Source: Isurus oxyrinchus (taxonomy: Eukaryota). From it: 64,000 nt of DNA. The stretch is from the NCBI GenBank assembly GCA_026770705.1, contig JANJGN010000026.1:32116001-32180000 (forward strand). Direction: 5' to 3'. A model generated the notes under the pieces. It saw only the letters and a program-made list of their open reading frames with translations. It did no database searches and had not been told where the DNA came from. A program made the translations under genes and the position numbers. Positions 12,156 to 23,401 of this stretch are shown piece after piece (the first letter of the stretch is position 1; each line of letters starts with the position of its first letter).

Positions 12156-12384
12156 TAGGACCTCCATATGCTGTCCTCTATGGGCCTCTGATGAAGCAGA
12201 CCCCTGCTGTTTACTATTACCTGATGTGACTGTGAGAGGCCTGAGTATGAGTGAAATCACCGAGGCTCTCCTCGCTGTGCAATCATTCTGCCTCTGGGGT
12301 TTGGCACAAAAACGCAGAGGTAAAGGTGTATTAACACCGACGGGTCGCTGGGTGGCGCTCTGACTCTTTCACTGAAGGACTTTG

Positions 12385-12500
12385 GGCTCTGAAGAAGAGT
12401 CATGAGGACTCGAAACGTTCTGTTTTTTTGTCTCCACAGATGCTGTGAGACCTGCTGAGTTTTTCCAGCATTTGCTGTTTTTGTTTCACATCCCAGACAG
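12385..12500 (+). mobile_element. Solo or inverted Penelope terminal repeat (others at about 37230-37365 +, 43350-43450 +, 57955-58390 palindromic)
   Basis: CTGAAGAAGAGTC..GACTCGAAACGTT..CCACAGATGCTG..AGACCTGCTG.GTTTTTCCAGCATT. Confidence 0.85.
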
Positions 12501-12621
12501 CACTGAATAAAAACACCTGCCTGGGAAAGGGGGGGAAAACAGTGTAATAGGGAAAATGGAGCGGTGTCGGTGGGCCTGAGAGAAAGGAGTTCAGCAAAGT
12601 CAGTTCGTTTCACATTCATGA

Positions 12622-12663
12622 TTTATTAACAATTTCAGAGAACATTTTACAGAAAAGTTTATT
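12622..12663 (-). terminator. Candidate poly(A) signals for membrane mu mRNA
   Basis: AATAAA on the minus strand at 12658-12663 and 12622-12627, about 420-450 nt after the TM2 stop. Confidence 0.55.
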
Positions 12664-13077
12664 CTAAAGTTAACTGAAGTGAATATAATGACTGAGAGTC
12701 ACATTGAGAACAGAGCACATTCACTCTGAGCTGCCAACTGTGTGTACAACTGTAACAGACACCAGAAAGAGAAAACAGGAGCTCAACATAAAGGGAAGGG
12801 AATAGTTGAATGAGGAATCAGAAACGTTACTTATTTACACAAGGAATTCAAACTACTGGGAAATTATAAGCTGCTATTGCAATACAATCATAATTATCTC
12901 ACACATTTGAAACAAAGAAACGGAAATACCGTTCATAATTGTCTCAGTTACAAATTCGGAAACATAAACTGAAGGTATTTCATTTTTACAGTCACCGAGA
13001 GGATATATTTTAAATTTGGAACACAGAGATCTCAATAAAGAGCTGAGGAAAATCTACGGTGTCCAAAATTCAACCGG

Positions 13078-13086
13078 TCACTTGAT
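13078..13086 (-). CDS. IGHM: IgM TM2 exon coding part (IK*)
   Basis: TTTTACAG|ATC AAG TGA after a 138-nt intron from TM1. Confidence 0.85.
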   Translation of the reverse strand: MK

Positions 13087-13224
13087 CTGTAAAAGAAGAT
13101 GAAATAATGAAGCAGGTTGTTATGATCTAGGACATTTATGTTAATGTTTTAATCAATGAAACATTGAGAAATTTTTCAAACCGCTTCTGTCAGTTTGAAG
13201 TGTGAGTGGATTGAATCTTCTCAC

Positions 13225-13352
13225 CTTCGCCAGAGTGACGGCAGCGCTGTAGAAAATGCTCAGGAAGAATAGGATGATGAATGTGGAAGCGGTTGTCCAG
13301 ATGTTGCCGTTATCATCCTCAGAGTCTTCAATCCAGATGCGGTCTGTGGAAT
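13225..13352 (-). CDS. IGHM: IgM transmembrane exon TM1 (not in the ORF track)
   Basis: CGTAG|AT acceptor and AAG|GTGAG donor; DSTDRIWIEDSEDDNGNIWTTASTFIILFFLSIFYSAAVTLAK, with an acidic spacer and the conserved antigen-receptor TM motif W-T-T-A-S-T-F..L-F..S..Y-S..V-T. Confidence 0.95.
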
Positions 13353-13889
13353 CTACGGGGAAATAGCCGAGGAGATATAATTAGATTGTTTATTAATCTA
13401 GGATATCATTTTTAAACATTTCCTTTACTCTTTCCTAAGTTATTAATGTATTCAATGTTCAATGTATATCTCCTATTAAGTTCGTGACACTCAATAACCC
13501 ATCTCTGTAACTATCTCCACAGCTGTCCTTCCTTTACAACGTTTGTACAGCCCGTATCAGAAAATATGGCAAATTTTCTCCAGTATCAGTTTATTTTCGA
13601 ACAATTTCGTACAATCTATTATTGGAGAATATTATGATGGGTATCGAGAGAGATTCACTGAGCTACTTATTTGGAAACTGTGAACGTTGCTTTTTAAAAG
13701 CTCGGGTGTGATTTCCCATCTTGTTTGTCTATTTGTGATGGGAATGTTTGGTGCGTCATTAACTTAAATCAGTTTCTCAGTAAGAACATTGTTTCAGTGT
13801 GTTTATCGGGTTATTATGTAATAGAGACAATTGCCGGAGGATATGCCCGTTAGAAAAGTACATTTGAATTATTCTTTCTTCAATAGCCT

Positions 13890-14995
13890 GGCGTTTGTGT
13901 TGTGCTTTAGCTTTTGTATGTGTGTGCATCAGTATCTCGCGCTTTGCATTACTGTTTGTTTGTGTGTCCATATGTGTACATGTGTGTTAATGTGTGTGTT
14001 CATGTGCCAATGAGTGCTGATTTGTGTATTTTTGTGTCTGCATCTTTACGTATATTTTGTATTTCTGCCAATGTGGATGTATGAGTATGTTATTGTGTGT
14101 GTTTATGTCTTGATGTCTATATTTACGTATTACTATCTGTGTCATTGTGTGTTTACCTGTTTAAAGTGAGTCTGCTAATATGAGTATTAATGTTTCTTTT
14201 TGTGTTCCACGTGTCTGTCAGCATATTAATGTCTGTGTCACAGCGTCTGTGTGATTGTGTGACACAGCGAGAGAGAGAGGGAGTTTTTAATATGTGCATT
14301 TGTGTGTTGATCGATATTTAGAACTATGTATCAATGTGTGTATATGTTTTCATATGTACTAACGTGTGTTTTTTGTTTTCTACTGTGTATGAGTATATTC
14401 ATGTTTGTGTCTATATGTGTGCCTGTGAATGTGTTCGTCTATTCCTCTATGTTTTTGTGTCTGGGTGTCGTCTGCTCATATGTGTGCATGTGTTAATGTA
14501 TGTCCATGTATTTGTTTTAATGCATACGATAGTGTGTGTCTTTATGTCTGTATTTATGTTATTGTGAACGTGTAATAATGCATATGTTAATAGTTACATT
14601 TGTGCTTTGTGTCCTTGTATGAATCTGCTTGTCTGGTTTTATCTGTTTGTGTGTGTGTGATTGTGTATATGTGTGTGAGCGAGTGTCTCTGTGTGTGTAT
14701 TTCTGCATGTGTGTGATTGTGTGCATGTATTTGTTTATGTGTGCAAGTGTGTGTACGTGTGTGTCTGTGTATGTGCATCTGTGTTTGTGATTGTGTGTGC
14801 ATGTGTGCGTGTGTGTGTGCATGTGTGTGTGTATTTGTCTATGTATGTCTGCCTGTGTCTGCCTGTGTTTGTGTGGGTGCGCATGTGTGGGTGTAAATGT
14901 GTCTGCCTGTACCTGTGTGTGTTTGTGTCTGCGTGTCTGTGCCTATGTGCGTGTGTACGCATGTTTGTGTCTGTCCATTTGTGTCAGCTGTGTGT
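13890..14995. repeat. Degenerate (GT)n/(CA)n microsatellite in the secretory-TM1 intron
   Basis: Directly visible; source of the spurious CV/HT ORFs. Confidence 0.95.
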
Positions 14996-15544
14996 ACTTT
15001 TACTATTTTCCCGAATTTCACCAGTACCAATGATCGAGTCTGACCTTGATGGTGAAAGTTTTGGTGAATAGTTTCAATGTTCTGTGTATAAACGTGTTTT
15101 TTGTGAGATGCAAGGTGATATCAGGTGAACGAATGCAAACAATCAACCATGTGCCTCATAAAATTCAGGGACAGAACCTTGAACAACTCAGGGAGGATTC
15201 AATCACCAGTTTAGATTCAGATTATGGGAAACCAATCTTAGCATAAGCTTAACAGGAACAAGGGTGTTAAAAGATCTTCAAATTTATGTTGCATAAATAG
15301 ATGTTTTTACAACATCCTAAGCATGATGGGAGTTTAAAATCTGTGGCCAGTAAGCTGGAAGCGGACTTGGACTGTTGGTAACTGAGTCCTGACAGTAGAG
15401 ACCCGTTCCCTTCCAGATTCTCTGCTCGGTGAGAGTCCAGTGAGCTAATAGTTTTGCTCTGTCTGGTTGTCTAAGCAATTTCCCTTTTGGTTCTCTCTGC
15501 TGAGAAGGTGGTGACACACCGGGTTAACCAATGACCTTTCTCGT

Positions 15545-15830
15545 CTTTCTGTTTAGCAAGTGGAGGTAAAATTGGCTTAAAATTTTCCTTTCAGTTTTCT
15601 CTGTTGGGGAAGTGGAGGCACAGTGGGTTACCAATTTCCCTTCCCCTCTCTCTGTTGGGAAAGTGGGGTAAAGTGGCTAAACAATTCGCCCCCCCCCCCC
15701 CCACCCACTGTTGTGGAAGTGGAGGTGCAGTGCGTTAACAATGTCCCCTTCCCCCCTCTCTCTGTTGGGGAAGAGGGGGTACAATTGGTTAATAATTTCC
15801 CTTCCCCCTCTCCCTGATGGGGGATTGTTG
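15545..15830. repeat. Degenerate ~50-60-bp tandem repeat, about 5 copies
   Basis: CTGTTGGGGAAGTGGAGG..AATTTCCC.. recurring. Confidence 0.7.
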
Positions 15831-16219
15831 GGACATGTTTCTGTGTGAATCCACTTCAGTTCCCAGTGGGTGTGGTGCAGCAGCTTAAAGGTGACATCCA
15901 TTTTAAAGGAATGGACAATAAGAGAAGCAGGAACACCCAGATCTAAATGTGCTGTGTTTGTTTGTCGGAAATGGGAATTGTCAGATTTCACCTCAGTGGG
16001 ACAGGAGTTGGTGAAGTTATTTTGCAGAATCCCATAATGAATGAGCTTTACTCTGTCTCTAACCCAGGGTGTATCTGAGCTGGGAGCACTGGGTATACAA
16101 GACTTGGGTGTGAGCCCTGTAAATATCCGATTTTAACTAAACAGGTCTAACATCAGCAAAAGTAGAAAACAACGTTGATTAAACGATTGTGTATTTAAAT
16201 CACGATTAGAGAAAAGGAC

Positions 16220-16235
16220 TTTATTTTTTTTTATT
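16220..16235 (-). terminator. Poly(A) signals for secreted mu mRNA
   Basis: Two AATAAA on the minus strand (16230-16235, 16220-16225), about 30-45 nt after the stop codon. Confidence 0.75.
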
Positions 16236-16262
16236 GATGTTTGAAATGTAACCGATGGATTC

Positions 16263-16654
16263 TCATTGACATGAATTAACGGTGTCCATCAGTGCAAGGG
16301 AAATGTTCACGAAACTCGGTTTACCGCTGGATTTATCAACCGTTCTGTTGATGATCTTCAAGGGGATCGCTTCATGTCCCACCACACAGGAGTAAGAAGC
16401 TCCGCTGGCCCACTCCTCCGCTGCAATGGATAACAGGCTGTACATGAAGAAGGAGCGATTGCCGTTCTCCGCCACTACCTCGGTGTTCTTGTAGTTTCCG
16501 GGATTCACCGGCTTGTCATTGACGGTCCACTTGACGAAAATCTCTCGCGGGGAGAAACCTCTCACTAAGCAGCTGAGGGAGATGAACCTCTGAGCGGAGA
16601 CATCTTCTGCCGAGGGCAGGAGGACAGACACGGACGGTTCCCGCGGGTCTTTAA
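16263..16654 (-). CDS. IGHM: IgM constant exon Cmu4 plus secretory tailpiece; internal donor for the membrane form at 16325|16324
   Basis: CTGCAG|TT acceptor; ..[32 protein letters not shown]|GTAAA; tailpiece [20 protein letters not shown] with an N-glycan sequon and the penultimate Cys. Confidence 0.97.
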
Positions 16655-16794
16655 CTGCAGAAAATGTACAATAAACGTCAATAAACTGGATACTTTCGTA
16701 GACAATGAAACCGCTGGTTAGATGTGAGAGAAACGTGTTTTGTGATGAATATTAAGGTTTTTCATTATCCACTTCTTGGAAATATATCTCTGAT

Positions 16795-16980
16795 CCTTCA
16801 CTATAGCTGAATCAAAATCCTGGAACTCCCTCCCTAACAGCACTGTGGGTGTATCCACACCACATGGACTGCAGCGGTTCAAGAAGGCAGCTCACCAACA
16901 CCTTGTCAAGGGCAGTTAGGGATGGGCAATAACTCTGGCCCAGCCAGCAACGCCCACATCCCATGAATTAGTAAATAAAA
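16795..16980 (+). mobile_element. L2/CR1-type LINE 3' end in the Cmu3-Cmu4 intron (longer copy at about 24912-25490 +)
   Basis: CAAAATCCTGGAACTCCCTCCCTAACAGCACTGTGGG..GCAGCGGTTCAAGAAGGCAGCTCACC..GCCCACATCCCATGAA; tail shared with the SINE family. Confidence 0.8.
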
Positions 16981-17368
16981 TACTTTGGGATCTGTCCGGC
17001 TTTCCAGCTTGGAGCAGAGGTGGCACAATCCTTTTCCCTGAGAACCTATGGGGTTGGACGAGAAAGTTTCTCAAAGTTTACAGCACAGAAACAGGCCATT
17101 CTGCCCAACTGGTCCATGTTGGTGTTTCAGCTTCGCACCAGGCTCCTCCCATCTTGCTTCATCTAAACCCAATGGCACAGCCTTCAATTCATTGTTCATT
17201 CATCTACTTATCAATTTCCCCCTGAAAGTCCACAAGCCCAGACCTTTTAGTTGACGAAATTGCTAATCAGAGTAGACCATGAATACACTGAATAGTAAAT
17301 ATTGATCCTGACACTTACACTGGAAATAGACACGTTGAACTACTTATTGCTTCAATCTCACCGCTCAC

Positions 17369-17674
17369 CTGATTCCTTGTGGATGGAACTTCTTAAAGGA
17401 GTCGGCAGATCCTGATGGCTCACCACACAGTTGAACTCAGCCCCACTCAGCCAGGCTTGTGTCGAGATGTTTACGTTGCTGACCACGCTGTTGGGATCCT
17501 CTCCCGGTTGGACGGCGATCTCTGATTTCAAAGGCTTCTTTTCTTGTGTCCAGCTCACGAGGACTCCATAAGGAGCATTGGATACGATGCAGGTTAAGGT
17601 CACGGTTGCCTCCAGTAAGACCTGTTCTACTGGAGGTGGCAGTATTGTGGGATTGTTGGGGCAGTGGTCATCAC
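17369..17674 (-). CDS. IGHM: IgM constant exon Cmu3
   Basis: CACAG|GT acceptor and G|GTGAG donor, 306 nt; [51 protein letters not shown]. Confidence 0.96.
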
Positions 17675-18297
17675 CTGTGAGACAGAAATGAAAATCAATC
17701 AAACTTTCACCTTCAGAATCAGCACAGTAGTATTCAGCCTTCACTCCCTAAAGGAGAATAAATCACCTTGGACATATCAACCTCTAACTATCGTCTTTAA
17801 TCTTCTTTACACAATGGAAAACCAGCTTGGTCTGTGTAAATCATTCCCATAATTTAAGTCCTTCAGCCCCGGTAACATTCTCATGAATCTGCGTTGCCCC
17901 AATCCCAATACAAATGTATCATTCCTGGGCCCTGGAATGCAGTACTGAAAGCTGTTTTATAAATAGGGTGGATGCACTTTCCAACACTCCATCCTGAAGC
18001 TGTTACCAGTGAAGGGTTCCAGGCACCTTCTGCCTCTCCAAATATGATCAGCTGTCTCAGGGTAAAGTTGATATCAAGTCCACCTCACACACTCTATGAC
18101 GTCAATGTAGAGACGTGATGTGATAAAATCCTGAATGGTGAACAATCTGAATGTAGCACTTACATTGGAATTAAATAACAACTACATGAGAATAAATAAG
18201 AAATTCTTCTGTGCTTGTACTAACTCCAATAAATTCCTGATTTGACTAACATCAGAGAGCAGAATGATCTATTCCTTCCTCGGTTTGTATTTCTTAC

Positions 18298-18606
18298 CAT
18301 CACACTTGGTGGCATCTCGACTTTGGGTGACCCCTTGGTGAGTGACCTGACAGGTATAGACCGAGTTACTGAACCATTCCCCAGTGGAGACTTTCAGCAA
18401 ACTGGTCGCCGAGAAGTTCCCATTCACTTCAAAGATGGGAGAGGTGATAATTCCTGAATTCATGGGTTGTCCATTCTTCAGCCACTTCACGGTGATTGAC
18501 TTTGAACGGAGATCGATGATTGAACAGACGGCGGTTGCAAATTTGTTGGTTGTGATTTCTTCCCGGGAACTCACGGTGAGGAGAACAGTTGGAGGTAAGT
18601 CAGGAC
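18298..18606 (-). CDS. IGHM: IgM constant exon Cmu2
   Basis: GAAG|GT acceptor and G|GTAAG donor, 309 nt; [38 protein letters not shown]. Confidence 0.95.
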
Positions 18607-18802
18607 CTTCAAAAAACACAGGTTAAACATTTCTTGCAGAAGAAATTGATAACAGATACAATAGTTCTTATATTTTAACAATGGACACTACCTGGAATTT
18701 CCAGGATCAGAACTATGCAGAGCACTATAAATGCGTTATAATCAAGGCCCTATACAGGTCAATCACAGCCTTTCTGTTTCTCACAGGTTCCCCAACACTT
18801 AC

Positions 18803-19102
18803 ATGGCATTCCAATGCTCTTGTTTGAGACGCTGTGTCGAACCTCACACTTGATTTTGCTGCATTCTCCCTCTGACTCGGTGATGGTTAACTGGCTGCTC
18901 ATGGTGTAGGTTCCCTTCTGGTTCCTCACTGACGGATAAGTCTTAAATCCAGTGGTGATCTGCTGCCCATCTTTCTTCCAGGTCAGGCTGGTGATTTCTG
19001 GGGAGTAATCCATCGCCAAGCAGCCGTAGGTGACGGAGCCGTCGGGGTTGTGTTGCTGACAGGAGGAGACCAGGCTGTAGAGAGTGGGCGAAGACGGTGT
19101 CA
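18803..19102 (-). CDS. IGHM: IgM constant exon Cmu1
   Basis: CCCAG|TG acceptor and T|GTAAG donor, 300 nt; [42 protein letters not shown], a C1-set domain matching elasmobranch mu CH1. Confidence 0.96.
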
Positions 19103-19659
19103 CTGGGAAAGAATGGCCAATTGAACAAGTTAGACTCTGTGATTTGTGATCATTAATTAACCAAACAACTCAAAATTTGACTATAACTATAAACATATCC
19201 AAATATATTCCAATTGAAACCCACATCCATATTTGATCATTTATTATTTCCATTATTTGGTGACCCTCATCTGTCGGTTCCCTCTTTAGAAACCCACACC
19301 TCTTTCTCCGCCTCTATCCCATTACTAAAATAGAACATTTTGATGTCATCTGAATGACGTACCTTTCATTGGATTAAAATGGAAGAGCTGAGGATTTTAC
19401 CCATTATTTCTGCCATTGTTTTTTTCTCAATTAACAGCACTTGGTGATAGAGAAATTGTCTTGTCATTTATATCATTGCAGTTTGGAAATTGGCTCTGTT
19501 GAAATTGACTGATGCCCCCTCCCCTCTCCATGTCCCCCCAAAACAAAGAACAGCAATCACCCTTTGAAAGTACCTTTGTAATGGTACCTATATAATGACC
19601 TTAGAACCCTAACTTGAATACTAGTGACAGTTAGTACGACATTTTCCAATCGTATGTAC

Positions 19660-20345
19660 ATATGAACATGTGGATTAGTAGCAGGAGTAGGCCATTTGGC
19701 CTCTCTAGCCTCCTCCACCATTCACTCCGATCATAGATAATCTGATTGTGGCGTTAACTCCACATTCCCGTCTGCTCTCCGCTAACCTTTGACTCCCTTG
19801 TCAATGAAGAATCTCTCTACCTCTGCCTTGAAATATTAATGACTCCTCCTCCATTGCTGTCTATGGAAGAGTTCCAAAGTTTCACAACCCTTTGAGAGAA
19901 AATAAAATACCCTCATTTCCGTCTGAAACGGGAGACCTCTTATTTTTAAAATGTGTTCTCTTTCGTTAGTCTCTCTCACAAGGGGAAACATCCTTTCAGC
20001 ATCCACCCTGTTAATTTCCCTCAAGATCTTATATGTTTCAATAAATTCAGCTCTCATTCTTCTAAACTTCAGTGGATACAGGCCCAGCCTATCCAAACTT
20101 TCCTCATAAGATAACCGATGACAACCCCAGTATCATTTGAATGAACATTCTCTGAACAACTTCTAATGCTTTTAAATCCTTTCTTAAGTGAGACCAAATC
20201 TGTACACAGTAATTCAGACGAGGTCTCATCGCCACCCTGTTAAACTATAGTAAAATATCCTTCCATTTATAATCTATTCCCCTTATAATAAATGCCAACA
20301 CTCCCTTTGCCTTCCTCATCACTTGCTGTTCCTGTATTGTAACTT
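19660..20345 (-). mobile_element. CR1 LINE 3' fragment in the J-C intron
   Basis: DRLGLYPLKFRRMRAEFIETYKIL; VMRKAKGVLAFIIRGIDYK. Confidence 0.9.
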
Positions 20346-21900
20346 TCTGCCCCTTTCCCCCTCCCTCCCCTGTGCCCTTTCCCCCCTCCTCTCTGCCCTT
20401 TCCCACATGCCTCTCTGCCCTGTTCCCCTCCTGCATCTTTGCCCTTTCCCCCTCCCTCCCCTGTGCCCTTTCCCCCCTCCTCTCTGCCCTTTCCCACATG
20501 CCTCTCTGCCCTGCTCCCCTCCTGCATCTTTGCCCTTTCCCCCTCCCGCCTCTCTGCCCATTCCCACTCCCGCCTCTCAGCCCTTTACATCCGCCGCCTC
20601 TCTGCCCTTTCTCCATCACCTCTCTGCCCTTTCTCCCCCAGGTCTCTGCGCACATTCCACTGTGCTCTGTGCTTTCACCCAGCTCTCTGACCTTTTCCAC
20701 TGCTCTTTTCCCGTTCCCCTGGCTCCCTGCCCTTTCAATCGCCTCTCTGCCCTTTCCCCCTCCCTCCTCTCTGCCCTTTCCCCCTCCCGCCTCTCTGCCC
20801 TTACACCCTCCCGCCTCTCTGCCCTTACTCCAGCTCACTGCCCTTTCCCTCGCCTCTCTGCCCTTCCCCCCTCTACCTCTGTGCCCACCCTCCTCTCTGC
20901 CCTTCCCTCCTCTGCCTCTCTGCCCACCCTCCTCTCTGCCCTTTCCCCCACCGCCTCTCTGCCCTTTCCCCCACCTACATTCCTGCCCTTTCCTCCTGCC
21001 ACCTCTCTGCCATTTCCCCTCGCCTCTCTGCCTGTCCCACTCTCCACTTCTCTCCCCTGTCACCCCTCCGCCTCTTTGCCCTCCCGCCTCTCTGCCCTTT
21101 CCATCTCCTGCCTCTCTGCACTCCCCCCCACGCCTCTCTGCCTTTTCTCACCCAGCTCTCTGCATTACCTCCACGGCTCTCTGTGCTTTCGCCCGGCTCT
21201 CTGACCTTTCCCATTAGCTCTCTGCCCGTTCCCCAGCATGCTGATCTTTCGGTCGCCTCTCTGCCATTTCCATTGCCTCTCTGCCCATCCCACACCCCGC
21301 TTCTCTGCCCTCCTGCCTCTCTGCCCTTTCCTCCTCCCACCTCGCTTCCCTTTCCCCCTACTGCCTCTCTGCCCTTTCCCCCTACTGCCTCTCTGCTCTT
21401 TTCCCCTCACACCTCTGAGCACTTTCTCCCCACCTCTCCGCCCTTTCTCCCTCCCGCCTCTCTGCCCTTTCCCCCTCCCGCCTCTCTGCCCTTTCCTCCT
21501 TCTGCCTCTCTGCCCTTTCCCCCTCCCGCCTCTCTGCCCTTTCCTCCTTCTGCCTCTCTGCCCTTTCCCCCTCCCGCCTCTATGCCCTTCCCTCCATCTC
21601 TCTGCCCTTCCCCCCCACCTCTCTGCTCTTTCCATCGTCTCTCTGCCCTTCTTCCTCCCCCGCCTCTCTGCCCTTTCACTGGCTTGCTGACCTTTCCCCC
21701 TGCTTGCTGACCTTTGCCCCATCCCAAAGCACTTTCCGCTGGATCCCTGCTCTTTTCCCCGACTCTCTACCCTTGCCCCCCAACACCCCCACCTCCCCTG
21801 CCCCCCGGCTCTCTGCTATTTTCCCCGCCTCCCTGCCCTTTCCCCAGGCTCTCCGAGCTTTACCCCCACTGCCTCCCTGCACTTTCCAACCAAGAGCGTC
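20345..21900 (-). repeat. G/purine-rich ~24-bp tandem repeat (GGCGGGAGGGGGAAAGGGCAGAGA on the IgM sense strand)
   Basis: CTCTCTGCCCTTTCCCC repeated dozens of times on the plus strand; 8-aa periodicity in the overlapping ORFs. Confidence 0.95.
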
Positions 21901-22009
21901 GCTCCCTTCAGCCATGCTCCACTTTCTGGCACTGCTAGGCCTCAGACCTTGCTTCCAGGTCTCACTTCCCCGCAGTTCCCGCCCTCCCACACACCGATTT
22001 ATGAAAAGT

Positions 22010-22610
22010 GATCGAATGAGTGAGCATGTGCATGTTTGACAAAGTGAGGGTGGCTGAGTGAGTGAGGGTGGGTGGTGAATGGGCGTGGGTGGGTGTCTGA
22101 ATGTTGGTGAGTGAGGGTGGGTGATTGAATGAGGGTAGTCGAGTGGCTGAGTGAGGGTTGGTAGTATGTGAGGGTAGGTATGTGAGTGAGGGTGAGTGGG
22201 TATGTGAGGGCACGTAGATGAGTTACTGAGTGTCAGTGAAGGTAGGTGAGTGAGGATGGGAGGGTGAGTGAGGGTGAGTGTGTGAGGGTGAGTGATTGAA
22301 GGTTAAAGTAATTAATGGTGAGTGAATAAGGGTGAGTGAAGCTGGGTGATTGAGTGACTGTGAGTGAGTGTGAGTGAGGGTGAGTGAGTGAGGGTGAGTG
22401 AGTGAGGGTGGGTGAGTGTGAGTGAGGGTGCGTGAGTGAGGGTGCGTGAGTGAGGGTGCGTGAGTGAGGATGCATGAGTGAGGGTGGGTGAGTGAAGGTG
22501 ATTGAGTGAGTGAGGGTGAGTGAGTGATGGTATGAGGGTGAGTGATTGTGGGTAGTGAGGGTGAGTGAGTGAGTGAGGGTGAGTGAGGGTGAGTGATTGT
22601 GGGTAGTGAG
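22010..22610. repeat. (GTGA)n / TGAGTGAGGG simple repeat
   Basis: Directly visible. Confidence 0.93.
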
Positions 22611-23189
22611 GGTGCCCAGGTGCTCATCAAGGTGATGTTTTTCCAGATGATTTTCTGCTCAGGCTCAGCTTTCCATTGCCTGTTGTCCACAACCGAGCTG
22701 GGGGCTCCTCCATTCGGTTCCACCTCCATCTCCACCTCCTCCTCTTCCCCTCCATCGACCCTGTCCCGATTCTCCATATTGATCAGCTTTCAGTAACACC
22801 GGCTGTGTAAAGTCAGGCAGCAGTGTAGATCGCTGACCAGCTGCCAATTCCTTTCTTTGAGAAACCCGTGTCAGTGCGTGAATAGGCAGACTGAGGGGGC
22901 TGGAGGGGAAGGTTACAGCAAAACCAGGAAGGGCCATGCAGGCATCTTGCACCAAGTGTGCACCAGTATTGGGGATCCAGGCGGCCGTGGTCTCAGTCAC
23001 ATCCCTCCACTTTTCTTGTTTCTTTGTGTTTGGTTCAACACTTGGAAATTCTCCACATATATAGTGATGTCACGTGTGTAATTTCATTTTACACAAAAAG
23101 ACATCAGAAATGGAACAATGAACATGCCTGCAGCTTAACGGATTTTCTTTCTGAAGTTAGCATTTTCAGTCCATTTCTGTGTTTGAGAA

Positions 23190-23366
23190 TATGTGTGTGT
23201 GTGTGCATGTGAAAGAGAGAGAGAGAGAGAGACACAGACAGACGGACAAAGAGTGTGTGTGTGTGTGTGTGTGTGCTTGTGAGTGTGTATGAGAGAAGGA
23301 GAGTGTCATAGGGAGTATAAGTGTGAGAGTGTCTGACATAGAGAAATGTGTGTCAGAGACAGAGCA

Positions 23367-23401
<35 letters not shown>

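Noticed and set aside
13777-15071. CV- and HT-rich ORFs (also at 54988-55397)
   Set aside because: GT/CA microsatellite artefacts
16263-19102. IgW, IgNAR or a germline-joined/Cmu2-less IgM variant
   Set aside because: Four C exons with mu-type sequence and tailpiece; V, D, D and J are separate with intact RSSs
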